A stretch of 64,000 nt of DNA from Octopus vulgaris (lineage: Eukaryota): contig OX597837.1 in the NCBI GenBank assembly GCA_951406725.2, positions 23,932,001-23,996,000 of the forward strand, in the 5' to 3' direction. Below the pieces are notes generated by a model. It was not told the origin of the DNA. It made no database searches and saw only the letters and a list, made by a program, of their open reading frames with translations. A program made the translations under genes and the position numbers. Of the stretch, positions 50,027 to 63,535 are shown piece by piece (the first letter of the stretch is position 1; each line of letters starts with the position of its first letter).

Positions 50027-50380
50027 AGTGGCTGTGTGGTAAGAAGCTTGCTTCCTAACCACATGGTTCCGGGTTTGGTCCCACTATGTGACGCCTTGAG
50101 CAAAAGTGTCTTTTACTATAGCCTCAGGCCAACCAAAGCCTTGTGAGTGGATTTGGTAGATGGAAACTGAAGGAAGCCTGCTGTGTGTGTATATATGTCT
50201 GTGTGTGTGTGTCTTTGTATCTGTGTTTGTCCCCTGCACCACCATTTGACAATAAGTACCCGGCTTTATGAAAAAAGTTAAGTCCTGGGGTTGATTTGTT
50301 TGACTAAAAATTTTTTAATTCATCACTGCAGTGCCCCAGCATGGTCGCAGTCTAATGACTGAAACAAGTGAAAGATAAAA
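50027..50380 (+). mobile_element. SINE family A (older, deleted)
   Basis: Head and tail recognisable. Confidence 0.75.
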
Positions 50381-50910
50381 GATATCATCAAAAGACTGAA
50401 GCTACAAGATAATGCATGATTAAATGAAAACGGTGTGAATAAATAAGTATTACGTTTGACAGAGTAATCTGAATGCTTAAAGGGTTAATAAGAGAAAACA
50501 GTTTTTTAAATCTCCTAATTTGGTAGATCAATGTTTCTATTGATTCAGTTATATATTCAATGACACATAAAGAATAACGAGAGAAAGGATGAAAAGAATA
50601 ATAAGTACTCTGTATCCTCTTAAGTCTTTTATATTTGGTTTTAAACTGTAAACTCACAAAAAATAAATTGATGAGTGTAAACAAAAAAAACATATAACAA
50701 TCCATTTTTAGAATTCTAATCAAAATACTTAGCAACATTTCCTCTGAGTTCTGTTTTCTGAGTTCAAATTCTACTGAGGTCAACTTTGCCTTTCATCCTT
50801 TAGCAGGTCAGTAAATTCAGTACCAGCTGAACACTGGGGTCAATGTAATCGACTAATCCCCATCCACAAAATTTCAGGCTTTGTGCTTTTAGTAGAATGG
50901 ATTATTATTA

Positions 50911-50993
<83 letters not shown>

Positions 50994-51359
50994 TCTATAT
51001 ATATAAATGGCAAAATGTCTGTGTGTGTGTCTTTTATACAAATCCACAATTTTTCAGTTAGAGGGTTCACACTTTCTATAGTCATTCAAAACTGTCCAAG
51101 GGTGGTCGTGCACATCTTTACATTTCCCCAGTCACCCCACAAAGGGATTAAAAAATCAATAGAAGTGCCTTTTTTGTGAATTTTCTATTCCAAACCCAAT
51201 CAAAATGCCTGAAACTTGATACACCAATTGAATGCCAGCTAGCTATATGTGATTGGTCGGAGATTTGGACAGTACTTGCGTGTATGTATGTATGCATGCA
51301 AGCAGATGTATATGCATGCACTAGCACTATGACCCGGCAACGCCAGGTCATAGTGCTAG
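50994..51359 (+). mobile_element. Non-autonomous Helitron with palindromic 3' end
   Basis: TCtatatatataaatggcaaaatgtctgtgtg...cccggcaacgccagg...CTAG|T. Confidence 0.75.
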
Positions 51360-51381
51360 TTATCATTATTATTATTATTGA

Positions 51382-51692
51382 AGGTGCATAGCTCAGTGGT
51401 TAGAGCGTAGAGCTTACGATCGTGAGGTTGTGAGTTCGATTCCTTGACCAGGCTGTGTGTTGTGTTCTTGAGCAAGACACTCTATTTCAGTTAACTCAGC
51501 TGTAGAAATGAGCTGCGACATCACAGGTGCCAAGCTGTATCAGCCTTGGATAACATCAGTGGTATGGAGAGAGGAGGCTGGTATGCATGAGTGACTGCTG
51601 GCTTTCCATTAACAACCTTGCCCGGACTTGTGCCTCGGAGGGGAACTTTCTAGGTGTAATCCCATGGTCATTCATGACCGAAGGGGGTCTCC
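51382..51692 (+). mobile_element. tRNA-derived SINE (family D)
   Basis: tagctcagtggttagagcg (A box)...gagttcgattcc (B box), then tgtgttcttgagcaagacact; continues as SINE body, so not a tRNA gene. Confidence 0.75.
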
Positions 51693-51724
51693 TCCTCCTC
51701 TTTATTATTATTATTATTATAGTC

Positions 51725-51761
<37 letters not shown>

Positions 51762-51906
51762 ATGTATACTGTATACATTGGTAGTCCATTAAAATAAATA
51801 CACCAGATTGTTCATTTACAAACCTATGTGATTGAGAAAAAGTAAATAAAATAAAGGAGAAAAAAGGAATGAAAATTCAAAACGACGATGCTTTTTTCAG
51901 TACGTA

Positions 51907-52812
51907 TTATGTACCAGTTAAGACAATCTTTTGCACTTCTTGCATGGATGGTAAGCCAGGGATCATCCTCAAATAATTTTCAGTCCCTTTTCTGATCATT
52001 CCAAGTACTCCTACAATCACTGGTATTGTAACCATCTTGAGATGCCACATCTCTTCAATTTCAATTAGCAAATCTTTATATTTTCTGAGCTTGTCAAATT
52101 CTTTTTCCAAGATATGCAATCAATAAACAAACTTTATTGTTTTGGTCTTCCACAACAATATCTGGTTTATTCGCTTTGATGGTCTTATCTATACATACTG
52201 GGAAGTCCCAAAGAATAGTTACATTTTCTCCCTCAGTTACAGCCTCAGGGTGGTGCTTGTACCATTTGTCAACAGTTTTGATTTTATACTGCCGACACAT
52301 TATCCAGTGGTCAAATCTGTCATGCCTTGATTTGCATTCTACTGGTGCTAAAACCTTACACCCAGAGATTAAGTGGTCCACCATTTCAATCCCATCATTG
52401 CAGTATTGGCATTTAGAGTCTACTCTTTTTTTCATCACATTGGCTTGATAATTCCAGGTCAATAAGCTCTGATCTTGAACTGCCAAGATAAAACCTTCAC
52501 TCTCTACCTTTAGCCTTGAGCTCCGCAGCCACCGATGGGTGTGTTTCTGGTCTACATCAGCTTGTTTGCTACAGGCCACATAATTGCCATGCAGAGGTTT
52601 TTGTTCCCACCTATCAGCCAATTGTTCAAACGCATTTTGCTTTGCTATTGATTTTACCTTCTTTGCAACTGCAGTTGCTGCACTTCCCTCAGGCTGTTCA
52701 CCCTGGGTATTATGCATAAACTCACTAGCAAATTCTCTGCTCTCTTTCATAACAAAATGAAGCTTCTTACATCTCCCATGGTTTTTCAATGAGCATTAGC
52801 ATCCAGTTATTT
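51907..52812 (-). pseudogene. R4/Dong-like non-LTR retrotransposon C-terminal region (CCHC zinc knuckle plus restriction-like endonuclease), frameshifted
   Basis: LKVESEGFILAVQDQ, CQYC..H...GC, RHD, ILWDF...ANKPDIV, K..KY.DL, IPVIVGVLG motifs. Confidence 0.85.
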
Positions 52813-52841
52813 ATCATCATCATCATCATCATTATTTATTA

Positions 52842-52902
52842 AGGCAGTGAGTTGGCAGAATTGTTAGCACACCATGCAAAATGCTTTGCTGCAGTTTGAC
52901 TA

Positions 52903-52942
<40 letters not shown>

Positions 52943-53612
52943 GGCAAGCTGGCAGAATTGTTAGCAGCCCGAGTGCAAAGCTTAGTGGCATTTTGTCCAT
53001 CTTCAAATTCCTTGTTCAAATTCTGCCAAGGCTAACTTTGCTTTTAATCCTTCTGAGGTTGATAAAATAAGTACCAGTTGAACACTGGGGTCAATGTAAT
53101 CGACTAACCCCCTTCCCACAAATTTTAGGCCTTGTGCCTATTGTAGAAAGGATCACTATTATTATTAAGGTGGCAAGCTGGCAGAATCATTAGCATGTTG
53201 GATAAAATGCTTAGAGTTTCATCTGTCTTTACATTCTAAGTTCAAATGCTGCCAGGGTCGACTTTGCCTTTCATCCTTTCTGGATCAATAAAATAAGTAC
53301 CAATCAATTACTGGGGGTCAATGTAGTTAACTTACCCCTTCCCTCAAAATTTCTGGCCTTTTGCTAAAATTTTAAACCATTATTATTGCTGTTGTCGTTG
53401 TTGTTAGAATGATACACTGGCAGAATCATTAAAGTGTCAATGAGAATGTCTTGACATGCTGGGTTCAAATCCTGCTGAGGATCAGTTTTGTCTTTTACCC
53501 TTCAGGGATCAATAAAATTGAATACCAGTTATGTACTGAAGTCATTTTAATCGACTAACTGCTCGCCCCCTCCTCATTTTTTGGCCTTCTACCACTGTCA
53601 GAAACTATCATT
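52842..53612 (+). mobile_element. Cluster of 3-4 tandem SINE B copies separated by ATT/GTT tails
   Basis: Heads at ~52842, 52943, 53168 and 53415. Confidence 0.75.
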
Positions 53613-54339
53613 ATCAGTCATAGTGGCTGTGTTAACATTGTTGTTGGTGGTGACGGTGGTGGTTCTGGTGGTGGTGGTGGTTGTGGTTTTGATGGTAATG
53701 GCAGTTGTGGTATTATCTGGTTGACTGTGAAACCAAAAATCATTAAGAAATATCTTTGTCTGAGGGGGCTGCATTCGAATTGATTAAATTTCATCATATT
53801 TTTCCTGTTTCTTTCCCACTGATGAAAAGCGCACTCGTAAGGTGGTACACCAACAACAACAACAACCCAACCAACCACAACCACAGCAACAACAACAACA
53901 ATAATAATAATCAAGTTGAAGCTAATCAGCATAACTAAGATGTCTTTTCACATAAGGAATTCTTTGTTTGAGAAATAAAACCCACCACTGCCGCCACTAC
54001 CAGCGACAAGAAATAGCATGCAGTGGATAATTGTAAATATATAAATTGTTTTCTCTCCGCCTTACTCCCACTCCCAGTAAATTTTAATCCCCAAAAATGC
54101 TTTACAGAAGCAGAAGAGAATGAGAAACAGTGAAATATAGAGGAAAAATTGCAGAAATCATAGAAGCGTCTTTCTGCTGAACAAGATATCTGCGAAATGA
54201 GATAACACCCACGTTCTTTTGCAGTTTCTCCCAGAGTTTCTTGGTGCTACTGTCAGTCCACAGACCAAAGAATTTGCTAATGCTTTCGTTACAAATCAGA
54301 CATTATTAATTTCCTCACTATTTAAGGTTGCATCCAATA

Positions 54340-54405
54340 TATAATATACATATATATACACATACATACATACATTCATATATGTACACACACACACACA
54401 TATAT

Positions 54406-54448
<43 letters not shown>

Positions 54449-54600
54449 GTGGTGGTGTTACTATTATTATTATTATTATTATTATTATCATTATTATTAT
54501 TATTATCATTATTATTATTATCATTATTATTATTATTATTATTATCATTATTATTATTATTATCATCATTATTATTATTATCATTATTATTATTATTAAT
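54340..54600. repeat. (TA)n then (ATT)n microsatellites
   Basis: Directly visible. Confidence 0.95.
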
Positions 54601-55991
54601 TTTAGTTTTAATTTATATTTAAATTAAAGGAATTTCTCGTTCCTTCACTGATTATTTGGTTGCTTCCTCTCTGACCAAATTTGCTGAATCACATCAAGGA
54701 ATATCTTAACATGATTCAGAGTTGTTTTCCTCATCTCTCCCCCATCTGCCCCACCACCACCATTTAGTCTTCTTAATATAATGTTAATCCAACAGCAGTA
54801 TCTAAAGTAGTTAGTGTTAGCATGACCTTATTTCTGAGAGCATTAGTTGAAGTTCAAAAGCTACTAATGTTGTTGTGACCATATTCCTGAGTGTTGCTAG
54901 TTGAAGTTCAATGCAATTCAAGGTAAATGCCCTCTGGAGAATTTCCCTAATTAAGAGAAAATTAAGAAAAAAATGCAACAATAGGAATGTAAGTAAATTC
55001 TACTAAAACTAATTAGGGTTTTATTTTCATATTTCTTCTGTATCCAATAAGAATTAGCCAGTAATAAGATTTATGTCCTTATATCACTATAATTATACTA
55101 CTAAATTTGCTAATTGTGGCCTTTGCTCAAATGCAATAATTAATGATTACAATTATTAATAATTGCATAATTGATAATTGTTAAGAGGCAATTAACCAAG
55201 AGAAGTTGTCTCGGTACTATTCAAAAACACCAAGACAGGGAAGCTTTATGTTAGAGAATTTAGTTATGTAGACTAATGGGGGATTTGTAATGTAGTAACA
55301 TCAGCCATGTGAGGAGGAGAAATTTAGAAATTTCTATTGAACAGGGGACAAGGTCAGTCACCCCCTTGTATAAAACAGCCTTCCTCAATACTACACCCTA
55401 CTTCAGTTGAGGGGTCTTGTCTTACAAGTTACTTGGTGACCTCGTTAGTACCTGCACCACATAAAAAGCACCCTGTATACTATGTGAAGTGGTTGGCATT
55501 AGGAAGGGCATCCAGTCATAGACCATGTCAAAGCAGACATTAGAGCTTGGTGCAGTCTCTCTGGTTTGTCAGCTTCCGTTAAACTGTCCAACCCATGCCA
55601 GTATGGAAAACATGTTAAGCAATGATGATGATGATAATGAAAAACCAGACAGCTAAATATAGTGAAATGGACTTCCATCCTTCCTCCCATACATATTACT
55701 TTGAGGCAGCCTTTCTGTCACATAACATGCTAGAAATAGCAGTCAAGTTACCTTCTAAAATCTTACACAAAGAAAGGACACATAGGATTCTGTAATCCTA
55801 AAGATTCCCTTAGAAAGGTGGAATGAATGTCTTCAAATAGAACACCTTTGATGATTAATTTGCTTTGTGTGGGTTGACCAGAAACTTAACACCAACAAAA
55901 GCCTGCTACATAATGAAGAGCATAGATATATCAGAAATGACTAACAAATATCCCTCAGTTCACACCAAGACATTGGATATTCACCTTTGCT

Positions 55992-56550
55992 TTGCAAATA
56001 TATGGGAAACTACCACCTGTGTCATCTCTAGTGAAAGGTAGAAGAGTCCAGTTTGCTGGACCTTGTTGTAGATCTGAAAACGAGGCAATTTCTACTCTTC
56101 TCCTCTGGAAGCCATCTACTCGCGATACCAGAGGGCGCACACTCTCCTACCCTGATGTAATCTCCAGGGATACAGGCATCCAGCAACAGGACCTCTGTAA
56201 TGCTATGATGGACTGTGAAGCACTTTTTTTCTTCATGATCTCTGACAACTATATCTGGTCTGTTGGCCTTAATTTCTCTATCTGTGTGTATCGGCATATC
56301 CCAGAGTATGGTTGCTTTCTCGTTTTCTGTGACCTTTTCTGGTGTGTGCCTATACCATCTTTTTTCTGTTGTTATTCCATAATGTTGGCATAGCTTCCAA
56401 TGTATGTAGGTTCCAACTCTGTCATGTCTGTGAATATATTCCTTCTTAGCCAGGACTGGGCAGCTAGAGATAATATGATTTATTGTTTCTTGTCCATCTC
56501 CACATATTCTGGTGTCTCGACCACGGTCGAACAATGATGATGATGATGAT
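55992..56550 (+). mobile_element. RTE 3' end (same family as 48809-49383) interrupted by an antisense R4-like fragment
   Basis: QIYGKLPPVSSLVKG...NAMMD to 56220, resuming at gtctcgaccacggtcg(A)aca(ATG)n. Confidence 0.85.
56221..56510 (-). mobile_element. R4/Dong-like zinc knuckle/RLE fragment
   Basis: RICGDGQETINHIISSCPVLAKKEYIHRHD...ILWD...ANRPDIVV. Confidence 0.85.
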
Positions 56551-57419
56551 GTGTTCTTGCCAGTGCCATGTAAAAAGCACCCAGTACTCTCTCTAATGTG
56601 TTTGGCATTAGGAAGGGTATCTAGCTATGGGAACCATGTCAAAGCAGGTAGTAACACTTAGTGCAGTGTTCTGGCTTGTCGGCTTCTGCCAAAGTCTCCA
56701 ATTCATGCCAGCATGGAAAGTAGATGTTAAATGATAATGATGTGGTGGAGGCGGTGGTGGCAGCGGCGGTGGTTGTGAGTTGTAAGTACCCTTGTCATAG
56801 TATCATGTTATACTTGTAAATGAGTATCACCAGGCTGTTCATTTCCAGTCTTCTTTGGGAAACGATGACTGGCCAGGGAAAAATTTACCTTGCTTGGAAA
56901 CAGATGAGGCTTGGTAACAGGAAAGTGCATCCGGCCATAAAAAAAATTTGCCTCAACAAATTCCATCTGACCCATGAAAACATTGCTTTTGGCAGTAATC
57001 TTAATGCTAAAGGGTTAATAACTGAGTTTCCCATTTTGAAATGAGATTTTAGGATCACCTTATTTCTATGATGTACACCAATCTATTCCTAACATACACA
57101 TTATCTAGCACTGACTCAAAGCAATTTTTCCCCATCGCTTACTTCATCCATTTATATTTCCCCATCTATAATTCTTGCCCAGATCTTTCCTGTATACACC
57201 AGCCATTATCTTATACATCCACTCACTTTCTCCACTCACTTGTTCACTTGTATTCAGCCTATCTCCAAAGTTAGACATTGCATGTCCAATATACTAAACC
57301 AAGTTCTTCTAATTCCTCTCCACAAACTGTTATATCTTCTGTGTATGTTGCCTCTTACAATGCGCAAATTATATTTCTTTCAAGGAAACTAGATTCTGTA
57401 CAGCAGAAACTGTGACTCT

Positions 57420-57456
<37 letters not shown>

Positions 57457-57809
57457 AGTCTACACTATGGTAATGTACTCTCACCAAAAAGAGCAGAATA
57501 TATACGGTGCAGCAACAGTTATAATCATGCCCTCCCCACAAAGGATTGCATGCTTCCTTTGTTCATGTTTTTCTAATAATTTTTAATAAATATTTTATTA
57601 TCGTTGCATCTGTTAACTAGAAGGAAGAAGAAAGAGAAAGAAGAACAATAGCATTTCTGTGATATTTCCAAATTTATACCGTTTGAGAGAGTAAAACTAC
57701 AAAATTCTTCACCATTTTCGCAGTTTACAAAAACACATCAGTTGGCAGAAATTAACAGAACAAAGCTGTTAAAACTTAGCTTTAAGCTGTATGTATGGAT
57801 GTAAGTGTA

Positions 57810-57913
57810 TATATACATATGTACATAGGTATGTATGACGACAACCATCCCCAAATACAACAATATACGTGTATATACATACACACACACACATACACTT
57901 ATATATACACATA

Positions 57914-57953
<40 letters not shown>

Positions 57954-57974
57954 CACACATATATATACATATGT

Positions 57975-58023
<49 letters not shown>

Positions 58024-58076
58024 GACACATATACATATATAGATATGTATACATATATATATATACATATGTATAC

Positions 58077-58107
<31 letters not shown>

Positions 58108-58227
58108 CATATATATATATGTATACATATATATATATATATATATATAATGTATATACATATATATATACATATGTATACATATATATATATATGTATA
58201 TACATATATATATATACATACATATGT

Positions 58228-58278
<51 letters not shown>

Positions 58279-58400
58279 TATATATATATATACAGACACT
58301 ATATATATACATATGTATACATATATATATATATATATGTGCACACACACACACACGTTTGTATGTTGTATTTATATATGTCTGTATGTATATGAGTGTG
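57810..58400. repeat. (TA)n/(TACA)n compound microsatellite
   Basis: Directly visible. Confidence 0.95.
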
Positions 58401-58991
58401 TATGTGATGTGTGTACATATATAGATATAATAAAAATATGTACAGATCGAGTGGGGTGGGGGGAAATATGTATAAATGTATGTTTGTTTATTCAGTGTAT
58501 TTTGAATAATTTAGATTGTAAAAGCCAGCATATCTCACTCTCTTATAAACTGATGGCTACACATTTCCAGTCAATAAGTTAGACTATATCTGCTTTTATT
58601 TAGCAATACTTTGGTGTTTTCTATACTGAAAATGTCTTTAAGAAATTTATTTATTTATTATCTATCTTCATCTTTTTTCTTTTCTTTTTTTTTTTTTTTG
58701 TAATTTTTCTTCTATATTTTGTCGTTGCTTTTGTTCTGTCTTTGTTGATTTTTTTTTTAATCTTTTTTTTTTTTCTTTTTTCAAAGATTTCCATTCTGAA
58801 ACCTGAAAAATGATTGCTTGCTCTGCTATATATTTCCAGTATTTAATTTTTAATTTTTCCCCGGCATCAAATTTCTTCCCATCTTGATATTGACTTAGAA
58901 TCTCTTTGTACATTCTACTTTATTTTGGCCACACACACACAAACACACATAGAGATCTGTATTTGCTTCATATTTTTTTTCTATTCTTCAG

Positions 58992-59150
58992 ATGTCTTTC
59001 TTCTTTCTTTCTTTCTTCCTTTCACCATTCCTACATGATTTGCTTCTTCATTGAACCAATGAAATTGGATCTAGATATCAGGTTTCTTTCAGGAAATCTT
59101 TCACTCTCAGAGAACATTGCTAGTTTTGATAATAATACATACATATGTCT
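58992..59150 (+). other. Candidate host-gene exon (mostly 5'UTR, possibly ending in ATG-TCT)
   Basis: Acceptor ttttttctattcttcag, strong donor GTAAGT at 59151, ATG at 59145 preceded by in-frame stops. Confidence 0.3.
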
Positions 59151-59191
59151 GTAAGTAGTGTACGAGGAAATGGCGAAGAAATTCAGGTCAT

Positions 59192-59251
<60 letters not shown>

Positions 59252-59351
59252 TCTTCTTCTTTTTCATAAAAGTAATTCCTAGATAGAAGGAAAAAAAAAT
59301 CTGGTCTGTATTGTTATAAATGTGTGATATTCTTTTCATTAATGTTGCTAA

Positions 59352-59383
<32 letters not shown>

Positions 59384-59387
59384 TAAA

Positions 59388-59640
59388 GATTTGGGTGCAA
59401 TACCAAATGGTGCTCATAAACACTACATCCAAATATCAGGAAACCCAAAAGCATCAGAACTGCCCACATCATAAGAAAATCTTTGTCAACTTGAAATTAT
59501 CTGATTCTCTTAAAACTCTTTCAAAACTGAAATATTGCAAATTTAACAGAATCTTAGTTCTCAGATTCTGGTCTCCTTTTTTAACAATGTCTCATTGCTA
59601 ATCATAAATAACAGCCATAGTAAAACACCTAGTTTGTTGT
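59388..59640 (+). mobile_element. Degenerate R4/Dong-like 3' end next to (TAA)n
   Basis: TAHIIRKSLST* remnant following (AAT)n. Confidence 0.4.
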
Positions 59641-59696
59641 TAGTTGATGTCTTTGAGTAAGGCTTTAAAAGGTTTGTGTAGAACAAAATAACAACA

Positions 59697-60280
59697 TCAT
59701 CACCATCATCATCATCATCGTTTAACATCCGCTTTCCATGCTGGCATGGGTTGGCCGATTTGACTGAGGTCTAGCGAACCAGATGGCTGCACCAGACTCC
59801 AAATCTGATCTGGCAGGGTTTCTACAGCTGGATGCCCTTCCTAACGCCAACCACTCCATGAGTGTAGTGGGTGCTTTTACGTGCCACCAGCACGAGGGCC
59901 AGTCAGGCGGTACTGGCAACGGCCACGCTCAAATTGTACTTTTTATGTGCCACCTGCACAGGAGCCAGTCCAGTGGCACTGGCAATGACCTCGCTCGAAT
60001 GTTTTTTTTACGTGCCACCAGCATAAGTGCTGGTAAGGCAACGCAGGTAACGATCATGCTCAAATGGTGTTTTTAATGTGCTATCAGCACAGGGGCCAGC
60101 TTGTTGCTCTGGCAACAATCTCACTTGTATGGTACTCTTAGCACTCCACTAGCGCAGATGCCAGTCATTGAATTTGATTTCGATATCACTTGCCTCAACA
60201 AGTCTTCGCAAGCAGAGTTTAGTGTCCAATGAAGGAAAGGTACACATAAGTGAGCTGGTTACACCTCTGGCATAGGCCAG
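59697..60280 (-). mobile_element. RTE 3'UTR/tail (family C), about 5 units
   Basis: (CAT)n tail; repeated tttta(c/t)gtgccacc units. Confidence 0.8.
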
Positions 60281-60875
60281 TAAATAAATAAATAAATAAT
60301 AATGGTTTCAAATTTTGGCACAGGGCCAGCAGTTTTTGAGGGAAGGGGGAAGTCAGTTACATTGACCCCTGTACTTGACTGGTAGTTATTTTATCAACCC
60401 TGAAAGGATAAAAGGCAAAACTAGCCTTGTTGAAATTGGAACTCAAAACATAATGGTAGAGGATATGATGAGGCATTTTGTTCAACATGCCAACAATTCT
60501 GCCAGATGACCACCACTTTGGTGGAAAGATGATTTAAGAAAGGTGTTTGGAACATTATATATGAATTGTATTATATGTAGTCTATATTATATACATAATA
60601 TGCACAATGCATAAAATGTGTGTGTATGCATGTATGTATGTATATGTATATATATATATGTATGTATGTATTATTTATTGTTTAATGTACATAGTATATA
60701 GTTATGAGCTACTAATAGTTTCATATATTGAAGATATTATCTAGACATGTTTTAAAACCTGCCTAGATTAGATCTTCAATGAATGAAACTGTTAGTAGAT
60801 CATAACTAAGTACTTTGTACATTAAACAATATTTATCTCTCACCAGACGGAGTTCTTTTTTTATTGATCTTACTT

Positions 60876-61535
60876 CATCATCATCATTGTTTAACGTCTG
60901 TTTTCCATGCTAGCATGTGTTGGACGGTTTGACCGGGGTCTAGGAAGTCAGGAGGATGCACCAGGCTCCAGTCTGATCTGGCAGTGTTTCTACAGCTGGA
61001 TACTCTTCCTAATGCTAACCACTCCGTGATTGTAGTGGGTGCTTTTTATGTGCCACCAGCACAGGTGCCAGAGGAGGCTGGCATTGGCCATGATTGGTTG
61101 GTGCTTTTTACGTGCCATCGGTACAAAAGCCAGTCAAGGCGGTGCTGGCATCAGCCACATTCAGATAGTGCTTTTTATGTGCCACTGGCATGGGTATCAC
61201 AACTACAATTTCTATATGATTTTTATTTTGATGTTAATGTACTTGACTCAATAGGTCTCCTCAAGCACAGCAGATCACCCTATGATCCAAGGTAAGCACA
61301 GCAGGCCGTCCTTCAATCCAAGATACTTTAGATGGGCTGGGGCTGCTATGTGAAGCTGGTGCAGGAAACAGCCATGAACTCACATTATTTGTCTGGTCTT
61401 CGCAGTCACAGCATATCTCCAGAAGTCTCGGTCTTTCATCATTGCCTCTGTGAGGCCCAATGTTTGAAGGTCATGCTTGACTACCTCATCCCATGTCTTC
61501 CTGGGTCTACCTCTACCCGAGATTCCTTCAACTGT
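60876..61535 (-). mobile_element. RTE LINE 3' end: ORF C-terminus plus family C 3'UTR
   Basis: Minus-strand GRGRPRKTWDEVVKHDLQTLGLTEAMMKDRDFWRYAV, three hairpin units, (GAT)n tail. Confidence 0.85.
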
Positions 61536-61813
61536 TTTGGAACGCAAAACAATGTATATATATATATATATATATATTTATTATTCTTTGACAAGACTAG
61601 TGCTAACAGTGATTTCAAATCTTTGGCCTGCTGAGCTGACAGTCCAGTGAAGGCTTAGCAGGCTAAAGCTTCAAAATTACTGCCAGCATTATTCTTGTTA
61701 ATGAATAATAAATATATATTCTACAAAAAGTATTGATTAATAAATATTTCAATTTTGATGTAAAATTGTTTTTATTATAACTTAACATAAAAAAATATTG
61801 ATGTGATATATTA

Positions 61814-62045
61814 TACAAGGTGTCCATAAATTACCCTTACAATTTGAAAAATTCAGAAAAAATTTGAAATAAAGGATAACCCAACAGAATTTATTGGAAA
61901 ACGTAGACAAACAAATAAAATTTTATTGGAAACATCGGAACACTTCCAAGTGGGCACTATTGGCTGCAGAGAAGTTGATTGATGGATCTCAACTTAAATA
62001 GATACAATTCTGAAAGTTGTAAAGATAATTTATGAACACCCTATA
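61814..62045. mobile_element. Tc1/mariner-type MITE
   Basis: TA-caaggtgtccataaattacccttacaattt...aagttgtaaagataatttatgaacaccct-ATA inverted repeats. Confidence 0.7.
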
Positions 62046-62273
62046 TATATTTATAATAATATACATATGTTATTTTCAAACAGTGAGAATTACTGAATAA
62101 ATATTCTTTATTTGTGGGTTAACCAAGCTACCAATTTATTGCATGGAATATTGATGTTTGTCTTGAAGTGACATATATATATATGTCTTGAAGTGACATA
62201 TATATATGTAATGTGGGTGTGTATGTATAAACATATAATAATTTTTAATATGTGTCATTTGTTTATTTTCCAG

Positions 62274-62324
62274 ACTCCTAATTCCATGAGACACAGGATG
62301 GAAACCCTCATCATGAGAATTCAG
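62274..62324 (+). CDS. Candidate 51-bp symmetric coding exon, TPNSMRHRMETLIMRIQ; gene unidentified
   Basis: Acceptor tttgtttattttcCAG, donor CAG|gtattt, length divisible by 3, only the phase-0 frame is open, non-repetitive sequence. Confidence 0.5.
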
Positions 62325-62644
62325 GTATTTTATTTGACATCAACTTTCCCTTCTAAATAAAACATTTAAAAGAAAGTCAATAAATGTAGCAACCTAGTCA
62401 CCCCAAACAAGCTTGAACAAACCAATCTCTAAGTTTCTTTTACCTAAGTTACAGGCAAAGCTGGTTTGATCCCACTGTGTGACACCTAAACAAAGTGCCA
62501 TATAGCTGGTTGGCTATTGCCATGCAAGCGAAATCTTGTAGACAGAAGTTGTAGACATCTCAAAAGTAAATAGACACCATCATTTTTGAAAGATTTATTT
62601 CTAGAAACAAAATAATATCATTTGGTGCATTTAAATACTTCATC

Positions 62645-63065
62645 TCTTTACTCTTTTACTCTTTTACTTGTTTCAGTCATTTGACTACGACCATGCTGGA
62701 GCACCGCCTTTAGTCGAGCAAATCGACCCCGGGACTTATTCTTTGTAAGCCCAGTACTTATTGTATCGGTCTCTTTTGCCGAACCGCTAAGTGACGGGGA
62801 CGTAAACACACCAGCATCGGTTGTCAAGCAATGCTAGGAGGACAAACACAGACACACAAACACACACACACACACTCTTACATATATATATACATATATA
62901 CGACAGGCTTCTTTCAGTTTCCGTCTACCAAATCCACTCACAAGGCTTTGGTCGGCCCGAGGCTATAGTAGAAGACACTTGCCCAAGATGCCACGCAGTG
63001 GGACTGAACCCGGAACCATGTGGTTGGTTAGCAAGCTACTTACCACACAGCCACTCCTGCGCCTG
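62645..63065 (-). mobile_element. SINE family A, full length
   Basis: Consensus match. Confidence 0.9.
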
Positions 63066-63099
63066 TACACAAGCATCATACAATCTGCCTTTCACTCTG

Positions 63100-63535
63100 A
63101 GGAAGAGGCCTTTTGTTCTCACTCTGTTCTTATTCTAGCCACTATGCTTTCAGAGCTTTGTCCTCTACTGCTGACTTGGTCTCCTAAGTAACAGACACTA
63201 TCTACTACTTCTAAAGATCCCCCTGGAAATTTGAGAAAGTCTTCTATCTGTACATCCTCAGTGTTTATTGTACCTGCACACCTGCTACACACAAAGACTA
63301 TTTTCTCTGTTAACCTTCCCCCAATACTGCCGCAAATCTTATGTGTCTATAGCTTGTACTGGGTACACCTTATGGAGTTACCAACACATTTCCTACATAT
63401 CATGCTGGGCCATCCACCCGAAAGAACTTGTGATTTGTCTATTTTCCTACTTACTAGAACTTTGATCTTCGCTAAATTAACTCTAAGACCTTTACATTCC
63501 AGACCTTGCTTCCACTCCTGAAATTTCCCCTCTTG
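63100..63535 (-). mobile_element. Degenerate RTE LINE fragment with Cys-rich (PHD-like) segment
   Basis: WKQGLECKGLRVNLAKIKVL...ICRKCVGNSIRCTQ..THKIC...FVCSRC...LEVVDSVCYLGD. Confidence 0.65.

Noticed and set aside
51382-51455. tRNA gene
   Set aside because: A and B boxes are present but there is no proper acceptor stem, and it continues into a SINE body.
58668-58913. Lys-rich minus-strand ORF
   Set aside because: It derives from poly-T low-complexity sequence.
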